60,436 nucleotides of DNA from assembly GCA_032718475.1 (NCBI GenBank), contig JAUCBJ010006973.1, positions 1 to 60,436 of the forward strand, read 5' to 3'. Source of the DNA: Nemertoderma westbladi. Lineage: Eukaryota > Animalia > Xenacoelomorpha. The notes beneath the pieces were generated by a model. That model worked only from the letters and a program-made list of their open reading frames with translations. It was not told where the DNA came from and searched no databases. The translations under genes were made by a program, and so were the position numbers. Within the stretch, counting starts at the first letter, position 1, and every line of letters begins with the position of its first letter. Below, in pieces: positions 37,153-49,090 of the stretch.

Positions 37153-37990
37153 TGTTGCCATTATTCCCGACACCAAGGGGGAAAACGCCGATGCTGTAGG
37201 TGGAATTTTCAGACCTGGAGAAGGATATTACCTGAGATGCAGAATTGCGGGTAGAGAAAAAGTTTCATTGGTTGGATATAATCTTTAATGTAACTTGAAC
37301 TCTGAATGAACTCTGATTGAGAATAATTTGGGCTTCCCCATACCAATATACCAAATATTCACAATAATACACAAATATAAATTCCTACAGTAAATCATTT
37401 AATTACCCACTGTTCGCTTTCAGATTTTGACCTAAGTAATGTTCCCAATTTTCCCTCAGTCCTAGTCCCAGTACTGTAGTGTCAGTGTCGGTCGATCCTT
37501 CGCATGTCCGTCCCACCCTTCCCGAACCCTGACGGGATCGGTCATCAGGAAAGCGGTATGGCTTAGCTAGGGGGTCTGTCGGTTCATCGCAGGATCCCAA
37601 CCACCTAAGCTTTCCGAATCCTTTTCAGGCTCGTAATCGCGTCGGTAGCCGAGAACCTGTTCCGAATAGTCGGTAGGCCAGTAGAGTCCGGTACTCTATC
37701 GCATGTCCGTCCCACCCTTCCCGAACCCCGAAGGGATCGGTCATCAGGAAAGCGGTACGGCTTAGCTAGGGGTCTGTTGGCCCGTTGTGAGGCCCAACTG
37801 TCGGAGCTTTCCGAGTCCCTTTCAGGCTCGTACTAACGCCAGTCGTGGAACCCACTCCAGGAAGTCAGTCCTTGTCTAACCCTTCCTTTCTGTCCGGTCA
37901 GTCGATCCTTCGCAAGTCCCCAATGCGAAGACTCCACCCGAGTCCCTTTCAGGCTCAGTCATAGCCAACGCACCGGGAACCGCTTAGGAT
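37153..37990 (-). repeat. BEL-C 3' LTR (partial) with internal ~200-bp repeats
   Basis: Aligns to 40615-41458. Confidence 0.9.
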
Positions 37991-40203
37991 TAGGTGTGAT
38001 GTCATAGATCATTACAAACCGTACAACATGACCTCTGTTGCAATCCCTCACATAGTGGCCTGAGCCAAGACACCGGAAGCATCCTTGGTGTTTCATGATT
38101 GCTTCAAAGCGCTGGACAAGTTCTGCGAACTGGAACTTTCTGCAGAATTCTACTTTGTGCTTCTCTCCGCAGAAGAGACATAGAAGGGAGGTTGTGGTGC
38201 CTTCCCTCTCGGGCGCCCAATTTGCCAGATAGCACGCCCATTCTTCTGCTGATGTCGGTTCCTCATAATCCTCGATGTCCGAATCCTCGGCCATGGTGAT
38301 GGCCATCGTACTTACCGGAGGAGGGCAAAATCTCGGTTTTGAAGTGGGTGCCCTGCCCCGAGAAGTGCTCTCTATCCCTTCCAACTTTGCTTAGAGAATA
38401 TGGAGTCATTCATGGCCTCAGAGATATCATCTAGGAATGCTAACATTTCAAGAAAACTAGGATCCCGATCTGGGTGTTTTCGCCTGAGATCTATACATTT
38501 ATATGCCCATTTACTTTGTAGCCATCCGGGAAATTCCTGGGCAATTTGTTGAAGGTTTAATAAATTATTTACTTTTGTTCTTCTTTGTTTAATTGTTTTA
38601 AAGTATAATAAGCATCCTTCATTGAGTCCGAAAACTCGTGTATATTCTGTGGGTCTCCTAGGGATCCAGCATCTTGTATCAGTTTCTCAAGTGTCTTGTT
38701 AATTATGGTTCCGACATTGCCATATCTTTTATCGAGCGTTTTTCACGCATCGTGATACGCTTCACCAGATCCTCCTTCGAAACATCTAACAATACGGCGT
38801 GGTTTGTCACCCAGATACTGAGACAAATATACAAATTTTTGTGCGTCGGTGATGTCCGTCGATCCGATTTGAGCAAAGAACCGTTTTTTAAACCCGAGGT
38901 AGTCGACGGGGTCGCCCTCGAAGGTACGAATTTCCATCTTAGGCATAGCCAGACAGTTCTCCAAGGCTCGTGTGATGCCGATGTCGTCTGAACTGGAATG
39001 ACTAGGAGGTCCAGGTAATTACTAATGCTCTCTCCCATACATGATGGATCGATAAGAGGGTGAGTTTTAATAACGACGCGGTTACGGATTTTAGGAGTAG
39101 ACGTAAATTGATTAGTGGATCGAGGGGTGGCGTCATGTTCCGAGTCCCTTTCAGGCTCGTACTTGTGGACGCTCACCATAGGATTGGAAGCTCGGGTTTC
39201 AGAGGTATTACTGCCGGTGGTGTAAACAACTTCTCTAATTCCGGAACCAGGATTGGTTCATAGTCATGTTCTATACCCTTCTCCCAGTATTCTCCCTCGT
39301 ATAGTTGAAGGTCTCGTTCTATGAGTGCGGCTTCATAGTCTGGAGCTTAGCAATATCCACATTCTTCTTATGAATAAGAAGTGCTTGGGCCTCGGCATTC
39401 CGTTTACGCATTTCGGCCTCTTGTTTACGTATTTCGGCCTGTTGTTCAACCTCTTGTTTCCATATTTCGGCCTGTTGTTCGGCCTCTTGTTTACGCATTT
39501 CGGCCTCTTGTTTTCGTATTTCGGCCTCTTGTTTTTGTCTTTCGGCCTGTATTTCGGCCTCTTGTTTATGTCTTTCTTCTGCTAGTACATCCTGTTCGAT
39601 CTACAATTGAACGTATTCTTCTTCCATCCGGGCTTTAAGGGCCTGTGCCCTTTGTTCTCGTAACTGATCTCGGAGGGGTTGACCCCCTTGGGAACTACGC
39701 GCTGATCCGGATACCTCGCTCCTGGCGCTGGATTGCTGGTGCCTCGAGGACCCAGTCCTTTTTCTCGGAACCAATGTCCTGGTACCGGAGGTCCGCACTG
39801 ATTCCACGTCCGCCTTTTCAGTCCTTTTGTAGTATTGTTCCTCGTAACCTCTCACGATGCTGAGGGTCCTCTGATGTTGTTTACGGAACTCTTCCAAGTG
39901 TGCGGTATGTTCCTCCATTCTGGGGTAGTTCTCCAGATCGGTTGCGGTAATGAGCTCCTGGTATGCTTGTAACATTCGTTCGTATCATTGGAGGATATTC
40001 CTGATCTTTTGTAACTGAGTTTGTATATCGCTGGCAGGGGTCTCGACTCCCCTTAGTTGTTTCTTGATGCTGTTATAGGCCCGAGTGACCCCGCCCTTAA
40101 GAGTGCCCAACCGACGTGCCATGTTTTTTACATTTGGGACCTCGTCGGTGTCTGAGTCTGTATGGGGCTCTACTCCTTCGCTATCGTAGGCCTTGTCCTC
40201 CAT
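37991..40203 (-). pseudogene. gag: BEL-C Gag (frameshifted)
   Basis: RRLGTLKGGVTR; MPKMEIRTFEGDPVDYLGFKKRF...QKFVYLSQYLGD; CLFCGEKHKVEFC...CFRCLGSGHYVRDC. Confidence 0.88.
39400..39570. repeat. ~21-bp coding minisatellite (coiled-coil heptads) in BEL-C gag
   Basis: tttcggcctcttgtttacgca-like units, about 8 copies. Confidence 0.85.
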
Positions 40204-40394
40204 TACTCTAGTGCTTCGTTTATTGCCAAGTATGCGATGTCGTAAAATAGTTTGTTGTATGTTTCGTATTCCGCTTGAACTACCCAGAAGGTAATTCTAA
40301 ATTGTCCCACGTTGGTACCCTGTACCTCAACTTCGATATGCCAGATTCCTGGTTCAACTTGGATTATATCAATAGGTGTGATCGATACTTCCAT
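40203..40394 (-). CDS. 63-aa upstream ORF overlapping the gag start codon (TAATG)
   Basis: Open frame MEVSITPIDIIQVEPGIWHIEVEV...; its TAA shares a base with the gag ATG at 40203. Confidence 0.5.
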   Translation of the reverse strand: MEVSITPIDIIQVEPGIWHIEVEVQGTNVGQFRITFWVVQAEYETYNKLFYDIAYLAINEALE

Positions 40395-40614
40395 TCCCTG
40401 TTAACGACTCTCTGTCAATGATCTGCCGACTACAAGTTCTAGACAGTTTGGATTGAGTTTGACAGTTGATTAAACCACGACTTTGTTTCATATCAAAATA
40501 CCAGAGTTTCCTCGTAGTGGGTGCTGGTTAAGCATGGGGAGAGTTTGAAGAATACTTGTCTGTTGAATTCCCAACTTCCACCAGTTGAAGTTGACCGCGT
40601 ATTATTCTCAATTT

Positions 40615-41871
40615 TGTTGCCGTTATTCCCGACACCAAGGGGGAAAACGCCGATGCTGGAGGCGGAATTTTCAGACCACTTTATCCCGGCCAGTCACCGG
40701 ATTTTGGGAGTGGAGAAGGATATTACCTGAGATGCAGAATTGCGGGTAGAGAAAAAGTTTCATTGGTTGGATATAATCTTTAATGTAACTTGAACTCTGG
40801 ATTGAACTCTGATTGAGAATAATTTGGGCTTCCCCACACCAATATAACAAATATTCACAATAATATACAAATATAAATTCCTACAGTAAATTATTTAATT
40901 ACCCACTGTTCGCTTTCAGATTTTGACCTAACTAATGTTCCCCATTTTCCCTCGGTCCTAGTCCCAGTACCGTAGTGTCAGTGTCGGTCGATCCTTCGCA
41001 TGTCCGTCCCACCCTTCCCGAACCCTGATGGGATTGGTCATCAGGAAAGCGGTACGGCTTAGCTAGGGGGTCTGTCGGTTCATCGCATGATCCCAACCAC
41101 CTAAGCTTTCCGAATCCTTTTCAGGCTCGTAATCGCGTCGGTAGAAGAGAACCTGTTCTGAATAGTCGGTAGGCCAGTAGAGTCCAGTCCTCTGTCTGTC
41201 GACCCTGTCGCATGTCCTTCCCAACCTTCCCGAACCCCAAAGGGATCGGTCATCAGGAAAGCGATACGGCTTAGCTAGGGGTCTGTCATTCAGGCTCGTA
41301 CTAACGCCAGTCATGGAACCCACACCAGGAAGTCAGTCCTCGTCGAACCCTTCCTTTCCATCCGGTCAGTCGATCCTTCGAAAGTCCCTAATGCGAAGAC
41401 TCCGCCCGAGTCCCTTTCAGGCTCAGTCATAGCCAACGCACCAGGAACTGCTTAGGATCTGTCAGTTCCCGTCGCAAATCCCTGGCGCAACCAGCTAAGC
41501 TTTCCGAATCCTTTTCAGGCTCGTAATCGCCGCTGGTGGCCAGGAACCGCTAAGGGCAGTCCTTGTCCCCAGGCCTAGCGGGTTACCAACTACCGAAGTA
41601 GAAGGAGGTTGTCTAGGCCTAAATAACTATCAGGCAACCCTGACAGCTGAGAGTATTGATTGATTTTGCCTCCCACCCCTGGCCCTTAAATATCTGATAT
41701 GATACCCGCGCCCCGTATGTCACCCCAATTATCGCCCATAAATCGCCCCCAGTCTATTGAATGTGCCCAAATTGTATGTTCCCGCACCCACTACTGATAT
41801 TGGCATATTCATAAAAAATAAATCAAAAAAATATTTAACTCGCGTTATGATAAAGTGAAATACCGCGAACA
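40615..41871 (-). repeat. BEL-C 5' LTR (1257 bp), rich in hairpin repeats
   Basis: Minus strand TGTTCGCGG...GGCAACA. Confidence 0.9.
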
Positions 41872-42680
41872 AGTTACTTCTACAAGCTGAGCAGGATTAC
41901 ATACCTTCTGTTCCATACTACACTTACAGATAAACATAGCTGACAGAAATATGTAAACCATAAAAGAAATAAGGGGTGATCAATCCCAAATCTCCCTAAT
42001 AGCCTACCAGTATAAATATGTCACAATCAAATTAGTATGCTATGTGGTACTGGACCAGTACCGCTAGGCCTACAGCAACCATCCAACTGGTGCGGTAAAA
42101 CAAAATTATTGTTCCACTGGAACAATAAAAAGAAAATGTAAATTATTGTTTGCGCTTTTAGACCTATAACAGTTTAACCTGCTAACTTATGTGTCTTATG
42201 ATGTCTGACAGCCCACACAAAATATGACCACTGTAGAAGCCAGTCTGGCGCAGTGTATGACCCACCGTGTGTGGGAGACTGAATTCTGTAGGTGAGAGTG
42301 AGTAGACTAATTTGTATTATTCGATTGATCTCTACTATATAATCTCCAAAAACTATGTTTACTTTCAGGGCAATATCAACATATCAACTGTAATTTGAGC
42401 CAAGCAATTGTTACTAATATTCTCTTCTGCTTACATCAATAATAATGAAAGTTAGGGGGAATTATTGATTATTCGTACGTATTCTCCAAATATAAGCATC
42501 CATTAAATATGTTACCAAATAACAATGAATAACAGTATAAAAAAGTATAAAATATGCGGTGCCAGCAGTTAATCAACAGTCAGATGTTTCCCGGTACAAC
42601 AGTCAGTATAGCAGTATAGAGAGAGTTTGAGAGTGAGTACCTAGAGTGAGTAGTGAGAGATAATTTACTATAATCTATAA

Positions 42681-45600
42681 TTAAAGACGGCATCAAGACG
42701 CCGTGACGGAACCGAAGTTAAACCAAACCGAAACAAATATTTTTTTTACAGGCCATAAGCCGCTAACTATTTTTTTTTCAGGATATCAACTCTAAACCAG
42801 TTTCCAATCTGAGCGCGAATTTGGATTTCCAATTACGAATTTAATTAATTTTATTTAATTAATTAACGAATTTAATTAATTTTAATAAATTATTTAATGA
42901 ATTTAATTTGAATTACGAATTTGAATACCTGGTTATTACAAATCTGTATTTCCGCATTACGAATCAATGTGTTTGGTTAAAAACATGAGCACCTTGTCAC
43001 GAATTGATGTCCTTGGTTACAATTTGTTACAAATGCTTGCAAATTTGAGCACCCAGTATCAGCCTGCACTACCTATACTATACTACAATAATACTGTAAT
43101 TTGCACATGTTAAGCATTTATAATAAAAAATTGCACCAAGGTAGTGAACAAAGTTAGTTAGAAAACAATTGTAATATCTCATAATCTGTTCCTAATAATT
43201 ATTAAAGCACTTAGGGCAACATATATCATGTCTACATCAAAATTATATCTGATACAGAACACCACTCATACAGTAGTATTAATGTTGCCAAAACATAATT
43301 AGACCTCCAAACAGAGAAAGGTAGATCCCACTCTGTATTCCCTCTGGTTTGACAGATTAATATAATTAATGTTTGCCAAGCAAGTCATTAACTCATCTCC
43401 CTCTCGGATTTTTAAACACATCAATTATTATTTTATTATTAGCTGAGTATAGTACCATTAATGGTAACCAACACTATGTGTGTAACTAAAATTCATTCCA
43501 CTGACCCACCACCTACCACCACCTTGTAGATATTCCCTTAGGATGCACGGGGAAGAGTTATTCAGCTGATGGGATAATAGTAGATTATAAACTAACCAAG
43601 TTAATGTTTGCTTATAGACTGGGTTGAAAGAGTGAGAGATTAAATAAAAACTTTGCACAGAAAGTACATCCTTGTTAGTTGGCCCTTTCTCTATTGAATA
43701 GCATTACTAGGCCTCATCTATCTATTTTTCATGTGCTCCAGCTGGTGTTTTATCATTGCGCTTATGGCGTTTTTTCTTTTATGTACATTTCAAACTATAA
43801 TGTTAGCCTATGGAAAATCATATTATGTGGTTGATTAAATATACACTTTTATAAACATACAGTCTCCACAGTATTAATGTTATAAATAGAACAATTAGAC
43901 GCAATGTATTTTAGTTTATAGACACCAGATGGTGTGGAAAGTTCTGTCCATTCAACTAATGCTGAGCTACACGATAGGTAGGACAAAGGAATTTAGTTGC
44001 CAAACCAGATGGTTGATCGCGGTATTTCATTTTATCATAACGCGAGGTACATATTTTTTGGATTTATTTTTTATGAATGTGCCAATATCAGTACTGGGTG
44101 CGGGAACATAAAATTTGGCCATATTCGATAGACTGGGGGCGATTTATGGGCGATAATTGGGGTGACTTACGGGTCAACAATTGCAGTCAACAATTCTTAC
44201 AGTAATGAAACTCTCGGTTCCTAACTAGTGACGGGCCTAGTGGCCCGATAAGGAACCGACTTTTTATTTTAAATAAAGGAGACAACGAGAATTAGTATAG
44301 AACTAATAATTATGTAAAAATACAATCATATTTCATACAATAATTATTAATAAATTCGATCTATTATTAGTTGCTCAATTCTAGAACAAAATCGACCTGC
44401 AACTAGTGAAGACCTCGTTTTGGAATTTCGAAACCACGCTGGTGCGATGCGCGATATCGTGTTTAGTTAATTAATTGAAAACTCCATCAATTCATGTGCA
44501 ATCAGTAATAAGAAATCGCGATAAATGTAATTAAATAAAAATTATTCTAGAAAAATTTTCCTCAAAAAGTATGAAGTCTTGGCATTGGTGACGCGAAACT
44601 AGGCTAGTGAGATTCAGGATATTGCGTTTAATATAAAAATCGAAAACGCTATCGAATTCCGTAAAGGCGTTAATAAAATACTGCAACTTTTTTGAAATTT
44701 GTAAAATTCTAGAAATAGAAAAAATTAATTTTTGAACGGCGCTGTTTGGGGTTTCGAAACATGGATAGGCTGAAAGAGGACATCGAATTAAGTTGAAAAA
44801 TAAAAACCCCATCGAATTTGGACAAAGCGTTCCGGAGTTATAGCGGATCGAAAAAAATTAACCCCCCCAGTCACTAAAAATTTACAGTAATTTAAAATTT
44901 TGCACAAAAATTTTTTTGCGTTATTTTTGATGGCAAATCGATTGGCAGTACTGGCTACGAAAAATTTTTTTTTGAAATTTTTGGTCAGAAAAAAAAACAT
45001 GGAAAAAGTATCTTTTTAAAAAGATTTGTGTTTGCCTATATGGTCAGAGAATGATCCAACTCTGTAACTTGGCAATCGCTCAAATCCATTCAGCTGAATG
45101 GCACAGTAGAGTAAACTAAAGTAAATTCCCTATACAATGTTCTGAAGGGGAGACTGACAGAGAGTAATCCAACAATAAAACATTTTGGAATAATGTTGGC
45201 ATTAATGTAGCCAACACACACACTGTGTACTTAACAGTCATTCAGCTTACATTAGCAGAGGGAGAAACTTGGATACTCCCCTAGAATGCATTGGGAAGAG
45301 TTATTCACCTGAGGCGATACTAGATTTCAAACTAAACCAATCAGTTAATGTTTGCTTTGCCAGAGAGTGGTTGGTAGGGCCTAAACAAACAGTATGGGTG
45401 TACAAAGTATAATAATCTTGGCAACTTCATCGATTTATTTATTTACTAAGCCTTGTGTAGAAATGCATTCATAAGCCATTTTTCATCACGATACCAGCTG
45501 TTATATTGGTGTTATTTTACCCTTGTGCCTATGGCGTTTTTTCGTTTATCTCTATTTTTCGAGCCCAGAGGCTATGGACGGAGTAGCTGATCATGCCAGG

Positions 45601-46830
45601 GACCTTAGAATCGCGGTATCTAGCTGCTGTGAAAAAATCGTTAGAGTAGTTTTGGCTGTAGATTGGCCAGCCAGTCAGCCAGCCAGTCAGTCAACAATTC
45701 TTACAGTAATGAACCTCTCGGTTCCTAATAAATATATACTATAGTATAAAACTATGATTTTGATGAAATTTTCACAGCTACTAGATACCGCGATTCTAAG
45801 ATCCCTGGCATGATCGGCTACTCCGTCCATAGCCTCTGGGCTCGAAAAATAGAGATAAACGAAAAAATGCCATAGGCGCAATGGTAAAATACCACCAATA
45901 ACAGCTGGTATAGTGATGAATAACAGCTGGTATAGTGATGAAAAATGTCTTATGAATGCATTTCTACACAAGGCTTAGTAATAAATCGATGAAGTTGCCA
46001 AGATTATTATACTTGGTACACCCATACTGTTTGTTTAGGCCCTACCAACCACTCTCTGGCAAAGCAAACATTAACTGGTTGGTTTAGTTTGAAATCTAGT
46101 ATCGCCTTAGCTGAATAACTCTTCCCAATGCATTCTAGGGGAGTATCCAAGTTTCTCCCTCTGATAATGTATGCTGAATGACTTGTGTTGGCTACATTAA
46201 TGCCAACATTAATACTATGGAGACTGTATGTTTATAATAGTGTATATTTAAAATCATGTAAATGTAAAAATCTATGCTTATTATCTGTATCAGGTTACAC
46301 ACTGTGGCATTCAAAAAGTTTTATAGGTGAATAATGTCCTACCTACCACGAAGCTCAGCATTAGTTGAATGGACAGAACTTTCCAAACCATCTGGTGTCT
46401 CAACTAAAATACATTGCATCTAATTGTTTTATTTATAAAGCTTTTGGCCATCATTAATACTGTGGAGACTATGTTTATAAAAATGTATATTTAATCAGCC
46501 ACATAATATGATTTTCCATAGGCTAACATTATAGTTTGAAATGTAAAAATCAATGCTTAATATCTGTATCAGGTTACACACTGTGGCATTAAAAATGTTT
46601 TATAGGTGAATGGCATTTAGTTTACTCTACTGTGCCATTCAGGTGAATGGATTTGAGTAATTGCCAAGTGACAGAGTGGAATCTCTCTCTCTGACCATAG
46701 GTAATTAACACTTTCCTTCAGCCCATAGGCAAACATTGTTGATGGAATTTACATTTGATTGATGACTTCCGACTTGCTTAACGGCGTCTTGACGCCGTCT
46801 CTAGTTACAGAAAGTAACCTTCAGTTCCTA
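42681..46830. mobile_element. Cluster of at least three Helentron-associated (HINE-like) elements in mixed orientation
   Basis: Terminal hairpins ACGGC(A/G)TCAAGACGCCGT (42686, 46781) and CGGGCCTAGTGGCCCG (44232), two of them next to CTAG; GGAACCGA/TCGGTTCC subterminal repeats; (CAGY)n microsatellite at 45668-45692. Confidence 0.7.
44014..44173 (+). repeat. First ~160 bp of a BEL-C-family LTR
   Basis: Diverged reverse complement of 41712-41871. Confidence 0.85.
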
Positions 46831-47394
46831 ATAACTCTAGCCGCAAAAGTTCTTGGGCAGAAGTTAGAATGTAGGATTTTGTCGCATTGCGACATATTCA
46901 TATGTAAACAAGGTTTTAAGAAACCATAAAGTGAAAATTGTGCTGATTGGCCAGGAATATAACATAGAAGCTACGGGACAAAAAAATACTGGCCAATGGC
47001 TGGTGATTTCTTCACTATAGCTCTCTACCAAAATAAACGCTAAAGGGCGTAATTTTTATCAGTTCTCAAATCCCTTGAGATGCTGCCAGTTTTAGAGTAG
47101 TTTGCGTAATGCACAAAAACGACACATTTTTGCCACAAAAGCTTTAACAATTATAAACTTGATGATCCTAACAATTTTTATTAGAAACTTGATAATCCTA
47201 CTAAGCTTTGGCAAGTACTGTCAACACAATTTAGCAGCTACGGCTTGGCAAGATTTTTCTAAATTTTAAACGTTTTGTCAACCGGGTAATGATTGTAATG
47301 CATTGCATTGGGACAAAAAGGTGCAGCATAAAGTGCCTTCAGATGTTTCACGATATACCACACTTTGTGCACTACAGTTTAGTGCGTTTACTAT

Positions 47395-47480
47395 ACGGGT
47401 TCGTGGGGCCTTCCCGCATCACGAGGCTCAGTTATGACACACAAATTAAAATTGACCGATTCTATCATAAAGTCGGTATT
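47395..47480 (+). repeat. Dispersed unclassified repeat; second copy at ~60325-60410
   Basis: ttcgtggggcc...acgaggctcagttat...attaaaattga..cga...tatca in both places. Confidence 0.7.
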
Positions 47481-47881
47481 CACCCCTTTGTAATAACTAC
47501 AAGGAATCAACATAAATACCATGTTTATAAGTTGAGAAGAAAATCTTAATTTCAATGGCTGTGGTAGTCCAAAAAAATTATATTTGAGTTTGAATTATTA
47601 AGTATTATTAATAATACATTATAGTTGCAGTATGAATATGCATTATCAGTTGATTCTAATCTGCTTAGTGCATAACTGGCCAACCCCAATACATGGAGGT
47701 CAAGCAAAGGATAGTATTAGTTGCTATAGAGACACAACCTTTGGTGCCGGTCCCCATGGCTCAGCTACACAACACCAGCTGATTAATCACGTGATCAAAA
47801 ATGTATCAAGGCCTGTTTCAAGGATTCGATGCAGTATCTTATGTCTCAAGTGAGTTAGATTTGTAGATAATTTAATACATG

Positions 47882-48255
47882 TTAAGGTGGTCCATTTTCG
47901 GACAACTCTTCGATTTATCACTTTCAGCGTTTCAAAATTGTTTGGATATGGCTATAATTTGGAATATAGGTACCTAAGTTGCTATTCTACATGACAGGTC
48001 AGAAAAATTTTATTTTCACTATTTAATATTACTTAATACTAGTTAACAATAATAAAAACTTGGTTGAACTTAAAACCCTAAGGCTTTTGCAGTTTTGAAT
48101 ATATTGAAAGTTTTTTTATATGATAGATCAAAGATGGGGCAACATAACTATCAGGCGAAATTTTGGGAAAATAATTCTGCTCCGAAAGGTGGCGCTGAAA
48201 ATTTATGCTCAATTTTTAGGTTTGTTATAAATGGTATTAAATTTTAATAACAAAA
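47882..48255 (+). mobile_element. Kolobok-type element end fragment
   Basis: TTAAGG start; similar to 57134-57530. Confidence 0.7.
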
Positions 48256-48767
48256 CAGTAGGTAACAAACAATAGGGCGCAGCGGCCAAACCAAAGAGAT
48301 GGCACATGACTGCGCAATCTATCATACTGCCATACAGTAAATGTATTGTGTTTATAATAATATTGTTTGATTAGTTTACATAGGACGTATAGGGAGGGAA
48401 GGCCCTATGCCATCCCCAATAATTGCATTGCTTGACTAGTGTACGTACGTCGTACAGTACATGTGTGGGGAAGGCATTATGCTATCCCCGAATATTGTGG
48501 TGTTGTTGATTACTTAGAACGATTAACCACACCTAATCTGACACCTTCTAAAGAGATTAGTGGCGTGCTGAACCAATAACAAGCCTATTGAGATGGGCCA
48601 ATCAGGCTAGACCATCCCTCTCTCATTTTCTCTGGATATAGCATTTTGTACAATACTATAATGGAGTTGATTGCTTCTACCTTCACTAGAAGATAGCGAG
48701 CTCAAAGTTGGTATTGTAGGTTGCTGACCTTCTACTAGGATCGGCATGCTACATTGCAACTGCATTT

Positions 48768-49090
48768 TTAAGAATGCTGTGCCGGCTTGTCGACAAAATT
48801 GTGCCGCCACAACTCCCTATCACACATGACATTTGCTAGATCATCCGCATCTTCAAGGCCAGTGTCCTTTAAGATGCATCTCAAGAAAGTCGTGGGCTGT
48901 CCACCATGCTTATTCACTCCATGAGACTGCAAAAGCACAACATTATGCACTGGTTGGTCCTCACGGCAAAAGTAATGTCCTGCAAAGCGGAGGCGACTTT
49001 GTTCTAGTGTCCAGCTTGGGGGAACCAATGAGATACCTCCAATGTTATATAGTGTCTGGTTGGAGATGTGTGCATTGTACTTGACACAAA
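48768..49090 (-). pseudogene. RTE-like LINE 3' fragment
   Basis: SRLRFAGHYFCRED.PV..VVL; high similarity to 56690-57010. Confidence 0.8.

Larger units (their letters stand above)
37153..41871 (-). mobile_element. BEL/Pao element BEL-C (pol deleted), inserted in the BEL-B leader
   Basis: TG...CA ends; exact 5-bp TSD AGTTA (37148-37152, 41872-41876); LTRs 40615-41871 and partial 37153-37990; Pao gag. Confidence 0.92.
26292..47149 (-). mobile_element. BEL/Pao LTR retrotransposon BEL-B (relative of BEL-A), decayed, with three nested insertions and an extra 3' ORF
   Basis: LTRs 26292-27180 and 42147-47149; flanks ATTAC/ATTAT (4/5 TSD match); Pao pol remnants; leader 36181-37150 plus 41877-42146 aligns to the BEL-A leader. 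Confidence 0.85.
42147..47149 (-). repeat. BEL-B 5' LTR, split by the 42681-46830 insertion cluster
   Basis: Minus strand TGTTAAAGCTTTTGTGG start and AAAAGCGCAAACA end; homology resumes at ataactctagcc (~46831). Confidence 0.85.

Noticed and set aside
37515-37555. CUGAUGA-hairpin-GAA in BEL-C LTR repeats (also ~37720, 41020, 41230) as a hammerhead ribozyme
   Set aside because: The hairpin is real (one copy has a UUCG loop), but the core reads GAAG/GGAA rather than GAAA and I could not form stems I and III.
45523-45971. Two similar ORFs on opposite strands as a gene pair
   Set aside because: They are a by-product of the DNA inverted repeat and show no protein features.
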